From Candidatus Omnitrophota bacterium (GTDB lineage: Bacteria; Omnitrophota; Omnitrophia; Omnitrophales; Aquincolibacteriaceae): a stretch of 64,000 nucleotides of DNA. This document shows positions 9,727 through 20,076 of the stretch, one piece after another. Numbering within the stretch: position 1 is the first letter of the stretch; the number at the start of each line of letters is the position of its first letter. The notes beneath the pieces are model-generated. The model was not told where the DNA came from, searched no databases, and saw nothing but the letters and a program-made list of their open reading frames with translations. Position numbers and translations under genes: made by a program. The stretch spans positions 86,214 to 150,213 of the forward strand of contig JAKLFP010000006.1 in assembly GCA_022711115.1 (NCBI GenBank), given 5' to 3'.

Positions 9727-10221
9727 TCACGCTTGTTTCTCATAAAAAACAACTTCAAGCAAGGGATCGTCCTGCAGTTTTTCCCGTGATTTTTCTTTAA
9801 AGGCAGCCGGGATTTCCGGATAAAAAACATCGCCCTGGTAATCGGCGTGAATACGGGTGAGATAAATGCCGTGGGCTCGATTAATGGAAGTCCTGTAAAG
9901 CTCCGCACCCCCAATGATAAAAGCGCGCTCGGTCTTCACATTTTTCAAAGCGTCCTCGAGCGTGGAGAAATAGGTTTGACCTGGATAGGGATTTTGACCG
10001 CTCCGATCCAAAATAAAGTTTTGACGTCCCGGCAACGCCTTGCAACCAAGGCTTTCAAATGTCTTGAGGCCCATAATCACCGTCTGGCCTGTGGTCATTT
10101 TTTTGAAATGCTGCAGATCTTTTGAAAAATGCCAGGGGAGTTGATTCCCCTTCCCAATCACTCGGTTATTCGCAACAGCCACAATATGGTAAAGCACAAA
10201 ACCTCCAAACTTTTTGACCAA
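9727..10221 (-). CDS. folA: Dihydrofolate reductase, tandem copy 2 (about 45% identical to copy 1).
   Basis: 164 aa; IVAVANNRVIGKGNQLPWHF...TVIMGLKTFESLG...FIIGGAELY. Confidence 0.8.
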   Translation of the reverse strand: MVKKFGGFVLYHIVAVANNRVIGKGNQLPWHFSKDLQHFKKMTTGQTVIMGLKTFESLGCKALPGRQNFILDRSGQNPYPGQTYFSTLEDALKNVKTERAFIIGGAELYRTSINRAHGIYLTRIHADYQGDVFYPEIPAAFKEKSREKLQDDPLLEVVFYEKQA

Positions 10222-10277
10222 AGCTTATGGCTCATAGCTTAGAGCTAGCCGCTAGGGGCTATAGTCTATGGTCTGAT

Positions 10278-11072
10278 TTAAACAGCAACAGGTGCCTTGA
10301 TCGCCGGATGAGGGTCATAACCTTCCAGCTTAAAATCTTCGTATTTAAAATCAAAAATATTTTTTACCGAGGGATTCAGAACCATCTTCGGCAGAGTTTT
10401 CGGCTCGCGGCTCAACTGCAGCTGAACCTGTTCCCGATGATTCAGATAAATGTGCACGTCTCCAAACGTATGCACAAATTCGCCCGACTTCAGACCCGTC
10501 ACCTGTGCCATCATCATAGTCAGAAGCGCGTAAGAAGCAATATTGAAAGGCACCCCCAGAAAAACATCCGCGCTCCGCTGAAAAAGCTGGCAGGAAAGCT
10601 TCCCGTTCAGAACATAAAACTGGAAAAACGCATGGCAGGGCGGCAAAGCCATTCGGTCGATCTCCCCGGCGTTCCATGCGCTGACGATGATTCTCCGGCT
10701 GTCCGGATTGATTTTGATCATGTTAACCGCGTCCGAGATCTGGTCCACCGTCGTTCCGTCATTTTTTTTCCAAGACCGCCACTGAGCGCCATAAACCGGC
10801 CCAAGATCTCCGTTCGCGTCGGCCCACTCGTCCCAGATGGTCACACCGTTGTCTTTCAAAAATTTGATGTTCGTATCCCCTTTTAAAAGCCAAAGCAATT
10901 CATAGAAAATCGATTTGGTGTGGATTTTTTTGGTGGTCACTAGCGGAAACCCTTCCGCCAGATCAAACCGCATCTGATAACCGAAGGTGCTGATCGTCCC
11001 AACGCCCGTGCGGTCTTTTTTTTCGGTGCCGTTTTTGAGGATATGCCGTAGAAGATCAAGATACGGCTTCAT
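10278..11072 (-). CDS. thyA: Thymidylate synthase.
   Basis: [50 protein letters not shown] (catalytic Cys), 264 aa. Its ATG overlaps the stop of the upstream gene (ATGA). Confidence 0.92.
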   Translation of the reverse strand: MKPYLDLLRHILKNGTEKKDRTGVGTISTFGYQMRFDLAEGFPLVTTKKIHTKSIFYELLWLLKGDTNIKFLKDNGVTIWDEWADANGDLGPVYGAQWRSWKKNDGTTVDQISDAVNMIKINPDSRRIIVSAWNAGEIDRMALPPCHAFFQFYVLNGKLSCQLFQRSADVFLGVPFNIASYALLTMMMAQVTGLKSGEFVHTFGDVHIYLNHREQVQLQLSREPKTLPKMVLNPSVKNIFDFKYEDFKLEGYDPHPAIKAPVAV

Positions 11073-12142
11073 GAAGCCTGTCCGGCAGCATTGAGCTCTT
11101 GCATCTTTGTCTTCTGCGAATCTGCGGGCGGCTGAGACTCTTTGAAAAAATGAGTGTCATCGATATTAAGATCTCCGAAGTAATAACCATTCACAAGAAA
11201 AATCGAGGATGCATCGGAGATCTTCGCATAATAACCCCCTGCTTTTTCGTCATTCACCCCTAGACTGATCGCGGTTTCTTTCCCCCCTGCCGTCACAGCG
11301 ATTTCTAACACCGGTTTCTCAAGGCCATACCCTTTTCCGTCCGGGTCCACGACATTCTTCGCTTTAATGCTGTTCAAAGTCGCGATAAAACGTATGACCT
11401 TATCCGGATCAATGGAGGAAGAAAGATCCTGCCTTAAAAATTTCCAGGAGTTTTTCGTGGGATCTGATTTATCGGTGACTAATTCTATTCCGGCAGCGCC
11501 CGTTTTCGCGCCGTTCTTTAACTGGAATACTGTTATTTTTTGAACGTTTTCGGGTTGAAACTTAAAAAGAGTCAAATCCGCCCAATAATCACTTGAGGGT
11601 TTCCCTTCTTCAAGGGGCGTATAGATCCCAAGGAGATCCGCCATGTTCACATCGGAGAAGTAAACCTCATCGCTGGCCGTTTGGCGCAAAAAACACCCCT
11701 GCATCCCGGCCTGTTTCGTGCCCACCTTCAGATCTAAAAGAACCTTTCCTCCGTCCCCTGAAATCACCATGGAAAAAGCATCTTCATTTTTTATTTTAAA
11801 ATCCTCAAAAAGCTTTTTTTCATTCCCGCGCAATTCGCCTTTGGCCGTACTAAGTTTTTCCAAAAGATGATTCACCTTCGTAACATCTGCCGGAACATCC
11901 CAAAGGCTTTTGACTCTCCAAAGATCCTTTTCTTTGACAAGTTCGACAGGCGGCATGGCCACACCGCGGCCGATCAGGATCTTTTTCGCTTTCGTCGAAT
12001 CGAAATGAAACAGCCTAGTCCCCTCCGCTGACTTCAAGGATGCAACAGTCGTGTCACCGGACCGAACCCAGTATTTCGCTAAGATACCGAGCGAAAGAAT
12101 TCCAAGGATCAAAACCAAAACGATTATTTGTTTTTTTTCCAT
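11069..12142 (-). CDS. DUF4340-like periplasmic protein with an N-terminal TM anchor (GldG-associated).
   Basis: N-terminal hydrophobic helix [17 protein letters not shown]. Its position just downstream of a GldG-type gene is the usual DUF4340 context. Confidence 0.45.
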   Translation of the reverse strand: MEKKQIIVLVLILGILSLGILAKYWVRSGDTTVASLKSAEGTRLFHFDSTKAKKILIGRGVAMPPVELVKEKDLWRVKSLWDVPADVTKVNHLLEKLSTAKGELRGNEKKLFEDFKIKNEDAFSMVISGDGGKVLLDLKVGTKQAGMQGCFLRQTASDEVYFSDVNMADLLGIYTPLEEGKPSSDYWADLTLFKFQPENVQKITVFQLKNGAKTGAAGIELVTDKSDPTKNSWKFLRQDLSSSIDPDKVIRFIATLNSIKAKNVVDPDGKGYGLEKPVLEIAVTAGGKETAISLGVNDEKAGGYYAKISDASSIFLVNGYYFGDLNIDDTHFFKESQPPADSQKTKMQELNAAGQAS

Positions 12143-12193
12143 AGCAAGAGAGGCGCCAGAAGTTTGTTCCGCTGACGCTCGGTCTGAGGTCCG

Positions 12194-14701
12194 TTAAGCT
12201 GTCAAACTTTTCAGATACACCTGTTTTGCTCGACGCCGCCAATAAGCCCGTCCAAAACCAAGGATCGCAATAAGCAGCGGTACAAGAAGCGTCGCAAAAA
12301 AACGCCAAAACATTTTTTGAGTTGCCGAGATCTTCGGCAACATCCGATCCACAGGCCCTTTGGAACGGATCCCGATCAGGGCATCCCCTAACGTCAATAT
12401 ATCCATGGCATTAATGAAAAAGTTGAGATGACCGCCCCCCTGCATCAATTGTTTTTGAAAAGGAATAGAAGCACCGATTAAAATGAGTTTCCCCGGTTTC
12501 GGCTGAAGAGGGGGCGCATTTTTTTCCGAAGTTGCATTCGGTTCAGGAGGTGTCGAAGGCGGCTGTGTGGGTGTCGATTCGGCCCATTCAGGGATTTTTT
12601 GGTCTTTAAATGCATCGGCGAATTGGCCTTCCGCCATCACTGCCAACGGAAATGGCCCTTTGGGACTCTTGGGCTGAGACGCGAGAGATGCCGCGCCCAT
12701 AGGCTCTTTTTTAAACGGTACTGTCCAGGAGTTCTTCGACGATGTCAACAAAGTCTCGAGCTTAAGCTGCTGCTCGTTGATTTTCTTGGTATCGATCTTT
12801 AAGGCGCTCCCCCACATATAGAAAAAAGTCGAAAGACGAGAAGTGATGGAAACGTTTAAATTCATCTCCGCATCAGACAAGCGTATCTGAACCGGCAGTT
12901 TGACGGGAATAGAAAGACCCAGGAGTTCGGCACGGGCGCCGCCGCCAAGACTGATCACTTCACTCTGTTCATCCGCCAGAATGTTTTCATCCACTTGGAA
13001 TCCCCAATGTGAAAGCAGGTCATTTACTTCAGGCTCTTTGTTTTTGGGAACAAGAGACAAAGACCCCGTTGCCGAAGGCCGGTAGCTGAATTCATAATTT
13101 TGAACGGCCATGAAAACGGACCCGCCCTGGTAAAGGAACCTGTTGATCTCGTATTTTTGGCGTTCGCTCAATTTGTGAGGTTCGATAACGGCGAGAGTTT
13201 TCATCCCGTCAGGAATCGGCGTCTCTTTATCAAGGGCAATCCGCGCCACAGAATAGCCCTCATACTGCAATCCCAACTGGAGGAATTCATAAGGATCGTC
13301 CCGGTAACTTGGCGGGATCTGACCGCCTCCGAGCTGCTGCAGCAAAGCCATCAGGTTCGGGTCCATGGAACGCTCTTCATAGGGTGCCACCAGTGCGATC
13401 TTGGGAATTTCCGGCAAGGTCATGCGGTAAAGTTTTGAAACAATGGTGTATTCGAGCTCGTTGAGATTCCCGGGATGAATACGCGGCAAAACCTCCTCGG
13501 GCTTTTCTTTATAGGAAAGCGTGATCCCTGAATAAATCAACCGGACGCCCATTTCATCGGACTGGATGGATTCCACCTGAAAAGGCTCAATGCCTTTTTT
13601 GGAAATTTTTTCTTCCATCGTCTCTTCTTTCTTACTTCCTTCGACCGCGTTCGCCGCATCCATATGGAACACCTTATACTGAAAACGGCCTTCAGATACG
13701 GCGCGCAATTCCTCGAGTTTGTCGCGGACATCCTGCTCCAGGGTTTTCATGGCAGTCGGCATCTTATCGGCGGAGGAAATATAGAATTTTGCGATCACGG
13801 GTGATTTAAGATCCCGCAGGATCTTTTTCGTTGCCGTTGAGATCGTGTACATTTTCCCTTCGCTCAAATCAAAACGGCCAAGCGGAATCTCCGCCACAAA
13901 CCAATTGCTCAAAAGAAAAATAGCGGTGCAGATTACCGTCGTTGTTGTAAATATCGATACCGCTTTCGGACGCATCCGTCCTTCGACCCAAAACCCGTTC
14001 AGCACAAGCGCCACCGCGCTACCGACCACAAAATAAAGCACATCCCGGTTATCAACCACTCCTTTGGCAAAAGAAGCATAATGGTCCGCGGCCCCCAGAA
14101 AATGCCTGAGAAACGTGCCCAAACCCGAGACCCAGCCGTCGAGTGATGTGGCGACAAATTCCGTCCCGATCAGGAACAGGCCGAAGCAGATCATCATCGA
14201 GAGAATAAAAGAAACAATCTGATCGCGAAAAAATCCTGAAATAAGAATGCCCATAGCGAGAAAAAAACCTCCCAGAAATGCCGCACCGACATAACCGCTT
14301 AAGATGGCCCCGGTATCCGGACGGCCGAGCGCTTGAAGCATGACCGGGACGGGAAAAGTAGCGACAAGGGCGATTAGATAAAAAAGGAAGCTTGCAAAAA
14401 ATTTCCCGAGTACAAGTTCTTGAGGCTGCATCGGGAAAGTCAGCAGAAGCTCCTGAGTGTTCCCTCGTTTTTCTTCGGACCAAAGCCGCATCGAAACCGC
14501 GGGAATAAACGCGGCCAGCAAGAACGGCAACATATAAAAGAAAGTCCGCATATCCACACGGCCGATCAAAAAGAACTGGGTCATAAAAAGACCGCCGTTC
14601 AGAAGCGTAAAAATGATCAGGAAGATATAAGCGATGGGAGAATTGAAATAGGTTGCCATTTCCCGCCGCAGAATAATGGAAAGATTCGAAAGCGTTTTCA
14701 T
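12194..14701 (-). CDS. ABC-2 family permease fused to a GldG-like auxiliary domain (gliding-motility-type ABC transporter, GldF+GldG fusion).
   Basis: 835 aa. Six predicted N-terminal TM helices of ABC-2 type, then a large extracytoplasmic domain and a C-terminal TM helix. Start overlaps the stop of the ABC ATPase (ATGA). Confidence 0.6.
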   Translation of the reverse strand: MKTLSNLSIILRREMATYFNSPIAYIFLIIFTLLNGGLFMTQFFLIGRVDMRTFFYMLPFLLAAFIPAVSMRLWSEEKRGNTQELLLTFPMQPQELVLGKFFASFLFYLIALVATFPVPVMLQALGRPDTGAILSGYVGAAFLGGFFLAMGILISGFFRDQIVSFILSMMICFGLFLIGTEFVATSLDGWVSGLGTFLRHFLGAADHYASFAKGVVDNRDVLYFVVGSAVALVLNGFWVEGRMRPKAVSIFTTTTVICTAIFLLSNWFVAEIPLGRFDLSEGKMYTISTATKKILRDLKSPVIAKFYISSADKMPTAMKTLEQDVRDKLEELRAVSEGRFQYKVFHMDAANAVEGSKKEETMEEKISKKGIEPFQVESIQSDEMGVRLIYSGITLSYKEKPEEVLPRIHPGNLNELEYTIVSKLYRMTLPEIPKIALVAPYEERSMDPNLMALLQQLGGGQIPPSYRDDPYEFLQLGLQYEGYSVARIALDKETPIPDGMKTLAVIEPHKLSERQKYEINRFLYQGGSVFMAVQNYEFSYRPSATGSLSLVPKNKEPEVNDLLSHWGFQVDENILADEQSEVISLGGGARAELLGLSIPVKLPVQIRLSDAEMNLNVSITSRLSTFFYMWGSALKIDTKKINEQQLKLETLLTSSKNSWTVPFKKEPMGAASLASQPKSPKGPFPLAVMAEGQFADAFKDQKIPEWAESTPTQPPSTPPEPNATSEKNAPPLQPKPGKLILIGASIPFQKQLMQGGGHLNFFINAMDILTLGDALIGIRSKGPVDRMLPKISATQKMFWRFFATLLVPLLIAILGFGRAYWRRRAKQVYLKSLTA

Positions 14702-15450
14702 GCATTCACCGTTTTCCGGGGGGCCAATAGCTGGATAAAAATATCTTCGAGGCTCAGCTCTTTTGCAGACTGACCTTGCGCTAAAACTTTTTCCGCCAGT
14801 TCTCTTTTCGTCCCCTGCGCCACCAATTTCCCTTCGTTGATGATCACAATCCGGTCCGCAAGAACTTCGACTTCTTGTAAAATGTGTGTGGAAAAAATAA
14901 TGGTCTTTTCTTTGGCAAGGCTTTTGATCAGGGAACGAATCCCGATGATCTGAATCGGATCCAGCCCGGAGGTCGGCTCATCAAGGATCAGAACTTTAGG
15001 GTCATGGATCAGCGCCTGCGCAAGCCCGACGCGCTGTCCATAGCCTTTGGATAACTCGCAAAGCAAATGTTTCCACACGGATTTCAGCTGACAAGCCTCT
15101 CTCACCCATCCGAGACGTTCCTGGAGACTCTTCGAAGAAAGTTCACGCGCCTTGCCGACAAAATTCAGATATTCCTCTACTTGCATATCGGCATAAAGCG
15201 GCAAGGTTTCCGGCAGATAGCCGATGCGTTTGCGGACTTCAAGCGGATTTTCCAGAATGTCGATCCCGTCGACCTTCGCGGTGCCCGAGGAAGGATAAAG
15301 GTAGGTCGTCAGAATTCTCATCGCCGTGGTTTTACCGGCACCATTCGGCCCCAAAAGACCGAGAATCTCTCCGGGATTTGCCTGAAAAGAAACCCCGTCA
15401 AGTGCGACCACGGGGCCGTACCGCATGGCTAAGGATTGAACATCTATCAT
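14698..15450 (-). CDS. ABC transporter ATP-binding protein (GldA-like).
   Basis: Walker A GPNGAGKTT, ABC signature LSKGYGQRVGLAQAL, Walker B LILDEPTSGLD. Confidence 0.9.
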   Translation of the reverse strand: MIDVQSLAMRYGPVVALDGVSFQANPGEILGLLGPNGAGKTTAMRILTTYLYPSSGTAKVDGIDILENPLEVRKRIGYLPETLPLYADMQVEEYLNFVGKARELSSKSLQERLGWVREACQLKSVWKHLLCELSKGYGQRVGLAQALIHDPKVLILDEPTSGLDPIQIIGIRSLIKSLAKEKTIIFSTHILQEVEVLADRIVIINEGKLVAQGTKRELAEKVLAQGQSAKELSLEDIFIQLLAPRKTVNA

Positions 15451-15491
15451 AAAAAATAAAATTCCTTAAAAAATATAGATCAAAGTTAAAT

Positions 15492-16199
15492 TTACCGGCG
15501 CCGTCCAAAAAGCCGGAGGAGAAACAGAAACATATTAATGAAATCGAGATAAAGCCTCAAGGCGCCCATGATCGCAAGCTGTTCCGGCGCATGGGACCCG
15601 CTCTGGTGGATCGCTTTCAGTTTTTGAGTGTCATAAGCCGTGAGACCGATAAAAACCGCGACCCCGACATAAGAGAGGATCCAGTCAAAGACCGGCGAGT
15701 GAAAGAAAATATTTACAACACTGGCAAGGATCACTCCCCAGAGAGCCATCCCGCAAAAACTGCCGACTGAAGTTAAATCTTGTTTGGTCACCCATCCGTA
15801 CAAGCTCACCCCTGCGAAGGTCATGGCCGTGATAAAAAAAGTCGCAGAGATCGACGCCATGGTGTAAATAAGGAAAATAGTCGCCATGGTAATGCCATTC
15901 AGCGCGGAATAAATAAGAAACCCGAGTACGGCCGTTTGTGCGGAAATCCTTTGGATGCTCGCGGAAAGCCATAGGACGATTCCGAATTCCGCGATAAAGA
16001 AAAGCCAAATACCGCCTTTTAAGAGAAACCGAAGTAAGGGAACATTGCCTGCCGTAAAAAAAGCGATAAGCCCTGTCAGTGCAAGCCCCATGGCCATCCA
16101 CTGATAGACGCGTTGCATAAAAGTCGAAAAAACGGCTCCGTGGGAATAGGAAAATTGGTTCTGTTCATTCTGCTCCATAAAAAAATCCTCCTTTGACAT
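15492..16199 (-). CDS. Bax-inhibitor-1/YccA-family membrane protein.
   Basis: Seven TM helices, 235 aa, with the BI-1 C-terminal motif AIMGALRLYLDFINMFLFLLRLF. Confidence 0.7.
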   Translation of the reverse strand: MSKEDFFMEQNEQNQFSYSHGAVFSTFMQRVYQWMAMGLALTGLIAFFTAGNVPLLRFLLKGGIWLFFIAEFGIVLWLSASIQRISAQTAVLGFLIYSALNGITMATIFLIYTMASISATFFITAMTFAGVSLYGWVTKQDLTSVGSFCGMALWGVILASVVNIFFHSPVFDWILSYVGVAVFIGLTAYDTQKLKAIHQSGSHAPEQLAIMGALRLYLDFINMFLFLLRLFGRRR

Positions 16200-16291
16200 T
16201 ACTGATGTGCGTGTATTGTAGCTAAAAAAACACTCTTTCTCAAGACAGATGCGAGACCCACCCGCATGGAAGGAATAAAAGCTTTTTCAGA

Positions 16292-16678
16292 TCAAGCAAC
16301 CGGCGGCACGTCTGAAGTAACAGGAGGCGCCAGAAATTCCCTGATCTTTTTGGCCGGTCTCGCCACAATGGCCTTATCCCCCTTTTCCACAATCGGTCTT
16401 TGAAGAAGATCCGGATAAATTGCTAAAAGATCCAGCCATTGGTTTTCGGTAAGTTTTTTCTGGTTCAATTTCAAGTCAAGATACAGCTGGTCCTTTTTCC
16501 GGATCAGTTCTTCGATGGGAAGTCCGATCTTCTGAATGAGTTCCTTAAGTTTTGATTTCGGGATCGGGTCTGTAAAATAATCCACCGCTTCAAAATCTAC
16601 ATTGGATTCTTTCAGGATCTGATGAACTTCCTTACAAGTCGTGCAGGTAGGTTTCTGATAAACTGTGATCTCTGACAT
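16292..16678 (-). CDS. ArsC/Spx-family protein (YffB-like thioredoxin-fold reductase). The track ORF starts at 16693; MSEIT at 16678 avoids overlap with the NUDIX gene.
   Basis: ITVYQKPTCTTCKEVHQIL has the CxxC-type Cys near the N-terminus of an ArsC-family fold; about 128 aa. Confidence 0.55.
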   Translation of the reverse strand: MSEITVYQKPTCTTCKEVHQILKESNVDFEAVDYFTDPIPKSKLKELIQKIGLPIEELIRKKDQLYLDLKLNQKKLTENQWLDLLAIYPDLLQRPIVEKGDKAIVARPAKKIREFLAPPVTSDVPPVA

Positions 16679-16680
16679 GC

Positions 16681-17280
16681 TTACTCCTTCCAATCATTAG
16701 GCGGACGGATCTGACAGGAAGAAGGTCCTTGGTCAGGGTTTTGCTTTTCTTCCTTCACTTTGCGGTCCGCAAAGTAAATTTTTAAAAAATAGAGTCCTGT
16801 ATACACTTTCGGGTCCACAAGATAACCGTGTTTTTCCATGGTATGCAGCCACAAAGCCGCTCCCGTCAGAGGGACTTCATGGACGATGATGGATTCTGTC
16901 GCGTCCCCTCCGCCCGGCCCTTTTTTAACAACGCCGATGGCTTGATAGAATGTAATGATCTCGGAACTCAACCCGCTTGAAACAGGTCCCTCGACGATCA
17001 AGGAAAGATGTTCCGCTTCATAACCTGTTTCTTCCAAAAGCTCGCGCCGGGCCGCATCTTCCATGGTCTCGGGATCATGGGACAGCTTGTCATTGACGAG
17101 GCCGGCCGGGAATTCGATCACGTGAGATTTGACCGGTCGGCGAAACTGTTCGACAAAAAGAACCTTTTCTTCCCTCGTCACCGCCACAATGACCACGATA
17201 CCGCTGCAATTGGTCCTTTTGACGTACTCCCAGTTGTCTTCGCGAATCAAATCAAGATACTTCCCCTTAAAAAGAATCAT
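16681..17280 (-). CDS. NUDIX hydrolase (ADP-ribose pyrophosphatase-like).
   Basis: Nudix box GLVNDKLSHDPETMEDAARRELLEETG (GX5EX7REUXEEXGU). Confidence 0.8.
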   Translation of the reverse strand: MILFKGKYLDLIREDNWEYVKRTNCSGIVVIVAVTREEKVLFVEQFRRPVKSHVIEFPAGLVNDKLSHDPETMEDAARRELLEETGYEAEHLSLIVEGPVSSGLSSEIITFYQAIGVVKKGPGGGDATESIIVHEVPLTGAALWLHTMEKHGYLVDPKVYTGLYFLKIYFADRKVKEEKQNPDQGPSSCQIRPPNDWKE

Positions 17281-17318
17281 GCCTGGAATCTCCGTTTTCG
17301 ATGAATGGAAGCGGCTGC

Positions 17319-19013
17319 TTATAAAGTTTGCCGCGGATCACTTTCGCCCGCTATTTTACCAGAACTATCTTCAAAACAAATCATTTGTGCAGTACCGATC
17401 TTTTCCTTTTTCTCGATCTTATGGCCTAGAAGCTCAAGCTTGACCCGCATCGTCTCTTGCGCATAGATCCCCGGCTCCATCCATAAAATGCCCTCGCGAT
17501 CCAAAACACGTGAAGCCGCTATGGAATCAGCGCAGGTCCTGCCGAAATCGATCTTCTGGACAAAAAGATTCATCAGAACCGCCGCGGGATCTTCATCCCC
17601 ATAGGCATCCATCACAAGAAAAGGCTTCCCCTTTTCAAAGACCAGTGTCGAAACAACCGGAGCTCGCGGTCTCTGCCCGGGGGAAGGAATATTGACGGCC
17701 TCCCCCTTTTTGACAAGGTCGGGTGTGGCATTAAAATCTGTCAACTGGTTATTCAGGAAAAAACCATAACCGGGGACCATGACCGCAGAACCAAAGGCGT
17801 CTCCGAGCGTCATAGTTAATGCGGCGATATTCCCGTGAGTATCCGCAACAAGAACAGAAGACAGCATCTGTTTTCTGCCGGTCTCAGGGGTATTTTTTTG
17901 AGAATCTTTTAATCGGAGAACTTTATCAAATTTGATCGATTCCCTGAGTTCCTGAGCCCATTTTTCAGACAGAAGCTCCTCCAGAGGAACTTCAAAGACA
18001 TCCGGATCGGCAATGGCAAGGCCCCCGGTAAAAGCATGTTTTTGAGTTTCCTCCAAAATATGATAGGTCTCCGCGGTTTTTCCAAAACCCGCAAGTCCGA
18101 ACTGAGACAAAATATTGAGCGCACGAAAAAGCATGATACCGCCGGCCGCCGGAGGACTGACGCTGAAAACATCATACCCTTCATAGGTGATATGGATCGG
18201 GTCCCGCCTGGCTACACTGTAATCTTCAAGATCACGATAGTTTAGAAACCCCGGCCGAAAAGAATTTTTTTGGACCGTTTGCACTATCGCTTTGGCAATC
18301 TCTCCCTCGTAAAAAATCCGGATCCCTTTTGACTGTATGAGTCGAAAAGTTTTGGCAAGGTCGGGTTGAGAGATTTTGGATTCTGCGCTGACCGGTTGGT
18401 TGTTTTTTAAAAAAAGCCCGCGCCCCGCATCAAAAAGCGCCAGTCTTTCTTTGTGTTCCTGAATCGCTTGCGCCAACGATGCAGAAACAGCGGCCGCCCC
18501 ACCGGCTTCCTGGATGGCAGGATCAAAAAGTTTTGCAAAAGAAAATTTTTGAGTGCCATACCGCGCATGCACCTCCTCCAACAATTTCAGAAGCCCGGGC
18601 GTGCCGACAGGAAGTCCGCCGGTGTTCCGATCCGACCGATAAGGACGAAGTTCCCCTTTTTCATCAAAAAACATTTCCGCAAAGACCTCTGCCGGCGTTT
18701 GAACGCTGCCATCAAAAAAAAGGATCCGCCTTGTCCCGATATCATAAAAAAGGAGATACCCGCTTCCGCCAAGGCCGGACGACTGAGGCTGCACCACATT
18801 GAGAACCCAAGCCGCGGCTACCGCAGCATCAATCGCATTGCCTCCCTGCCCTAAAACTTCCGTGGCGGCTTTTGTCGCACGGAGATCTGAAGTCACAGCA
18901 ATAGCTTTATCACTCAGGGCTGCCTGAAGTACCGGAGAAAAAAGAAAGGTGAGAAAAAGGCTTCGTAAAACACAGGAAGCAACGGGGAAGGTATACTTTA
19001 GAAAAAACTTCAT
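17319..19013 (-). CDS. ggt: Gamma-glutamyltranspeptidase with a signal peptide. Start taken at MKFFLKYTFPV..; the track ORF extends to 19085.
   Basis: 566–588 aa. Nucleophile region VADTHGNIAALTMTLGDAFGSAVMVPGYGFFLNNQLTDF is characteristic of the GGT small-subunit junction. Confidence 0.85.
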   Translation of the reverse strand: MKFFLKYTFPVASCVLRSLFLTFLFSPVLQAALSDKAIAVTSDLRATKAATEVLGQGGNAIDAAVAAAWVLNVVQPQSSGLGGSGYLLFYDIGTRRILFFDGSVQTPAEVFAEMFFDEKGELRPYRSDRNTGGLPVGTPGLLKLLEEVHARYGTQKFSFAKLFDPAIQEAGGAAAVSASLAQAIQEHKERLALFDAGRGLFLKNNQPVSAESKISQPDLAKTFRLIQSKGIRIFYEGEIAKAIVQTVQKNSFRPGFLNYRDLEDYSVARRDPIHITYEGYDVFSVSPPAAGGIMLFRALNILSQFGLAGFGKTAETYHILEETQKHAFTGGLAIADPDVFEVPLEELLSEKWAQELRESIKFDKVLRLKDSQKNTPETGRKQMLSSVLVADTHGNIAALTMTLGDAFGSAVMVPGYGFFLNNQLTDFNATPDLVKKGEAVNIPSPGQRPRAPVVSTLVFEKGKPFLVMDAYGDEDPAAVLMNLFVQKIDFGRTCADSIAASRVLDREGILWMEPGIYAQETMRVKLELLGHKIEKKEKIGTAQMICFEDSSGKIAGESDPRQTL

Positions 19014-19130
19014 TTTAAGAGGCCCAGAACGCCGCACATCATGCGTTGGATAATTGAAAATTTTCATTCCGAAAATATTCTCCACCCAGGAAAAGTGTGA
19101 TCATCGGTACAAACCACGAGGGCCTAACGG

Positions 19131-20075
19131 TTATCGGCCAAGGATTTTTTTTGCAGTCTTGACAATATAAGGCGAAGTAAGATTGTATTTTTCCAAAAGC
19201 TCTTCGGGTTGACCGGATTCCGCGTAAGTATCCTGAATAGCCACAAATCCCACCTTGCAAGGATGTTTCCTGGCAAGCAATGTCGCAACCGCACTCCCGA
19301 GACCGCCCCAGATTTGATGTTCTTCCGCGACTACCACGTGCCCGGTCTTTTTAGCTTCTTCAAGGATCAGTTCGGCATCCAGGGGCTTTACAGTGTGCAT
19401 ATCAATGACGCTAGCTTGAATACCATCATCCTCGGCTAGTTTTTCTGCGGCGCATAGGGCTTCAAAAACAAGAAAACCGTTGGCGATAATCGTTAGGTCC
19501 TTTCCTTCGCGCATCCGAACGCCTTTACCGATTTTGAATGGGGTCGCGGCTTTATGAATGATCGGAGCTTTCGGCCGACCCGTACGGATATACACCGGAG
19601 CGGGATAATGAACCGCTTCCAAAACCAACGCGCGCGTTTCGACCTCATCGCTTGGAACCATGACCACAAAACCGGGCAGACTGGTCATCAAGGCAACGTC
19701 TTCGATGCTCATCTGCGAAGCCCCGTCTTCCCCCACCGTAATACCGCCATGGGAACCGACCACTTTGACATTGAGTTCTGAAAAAGCAACGCCCATGCGG
19801 AATTGGTCAAAACCCTTGCAAACCAAAAAAGACGCAAAACTGGAAATGAACGGGATCTTCCCGCAAGACGCAAGACCGGATGCAACACCGACCAGATTGG
19901 CTTCCTGGATTCCGACATTTAAAAAACGTTCCGGAAACACCTGGCTAAAAGCGTAGGATTTGGTGGATTTGGAAAGGTCTGCATCCAGCACCACCACATT
20001 CGGATTGGCTTTGCCGATCTCGACGATCGTTTCACCGTAAGCATCTCGTGTGGGCTTCCCGTATTTCTTTTCCAT
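19131..20075 (-). CDS. Transketolase, C-terminal subunit (split transketolase).
   Basis: 314 aa with pyrimidine-binding and C-terminal transketolase domains (MTSLPGFVVMVPSDEVE..). Confidence 0.8.
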   Translation of the reverse strand: MEKKYGKPTRDAYGETIVEIGKANPNVVVLDADLSKSTKSYAFSQVFPERFLNVGIQEANLVGVASGLASCGKIPFISSFASFLVCKGFDQFRMGVAFSELNVKVVGSHGGITVGEDGASQMSIEDVALMTSLPGFVVMVPSDEVETRALVLEAVHYPAPVYIRTGRPKAPIIHKAATPFKIGKGVRMREGKDLTIIANGFLVFEALCAAEKLAEDDGIQASVIDMHTVKPLDAELILEEAKKTGHVVVAEEHQIWGGLGSAVATLLARKHPCKVGFVAIQDTYAESGQPEELLEKYNLTSPYIVKTAKKILGR

Positions 20076-20076
20076 T

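Noticed and set aside
10351-10677. 108-aa ORF inside thyA, and similar alternate-frame ORFs (14052..14705, 15685..16101, 7452..8012 minus-strand ORFs inside sodB)
   Set aside because: Embedded in alternate frames of well-supported genes with biased, non-protein-like composition.
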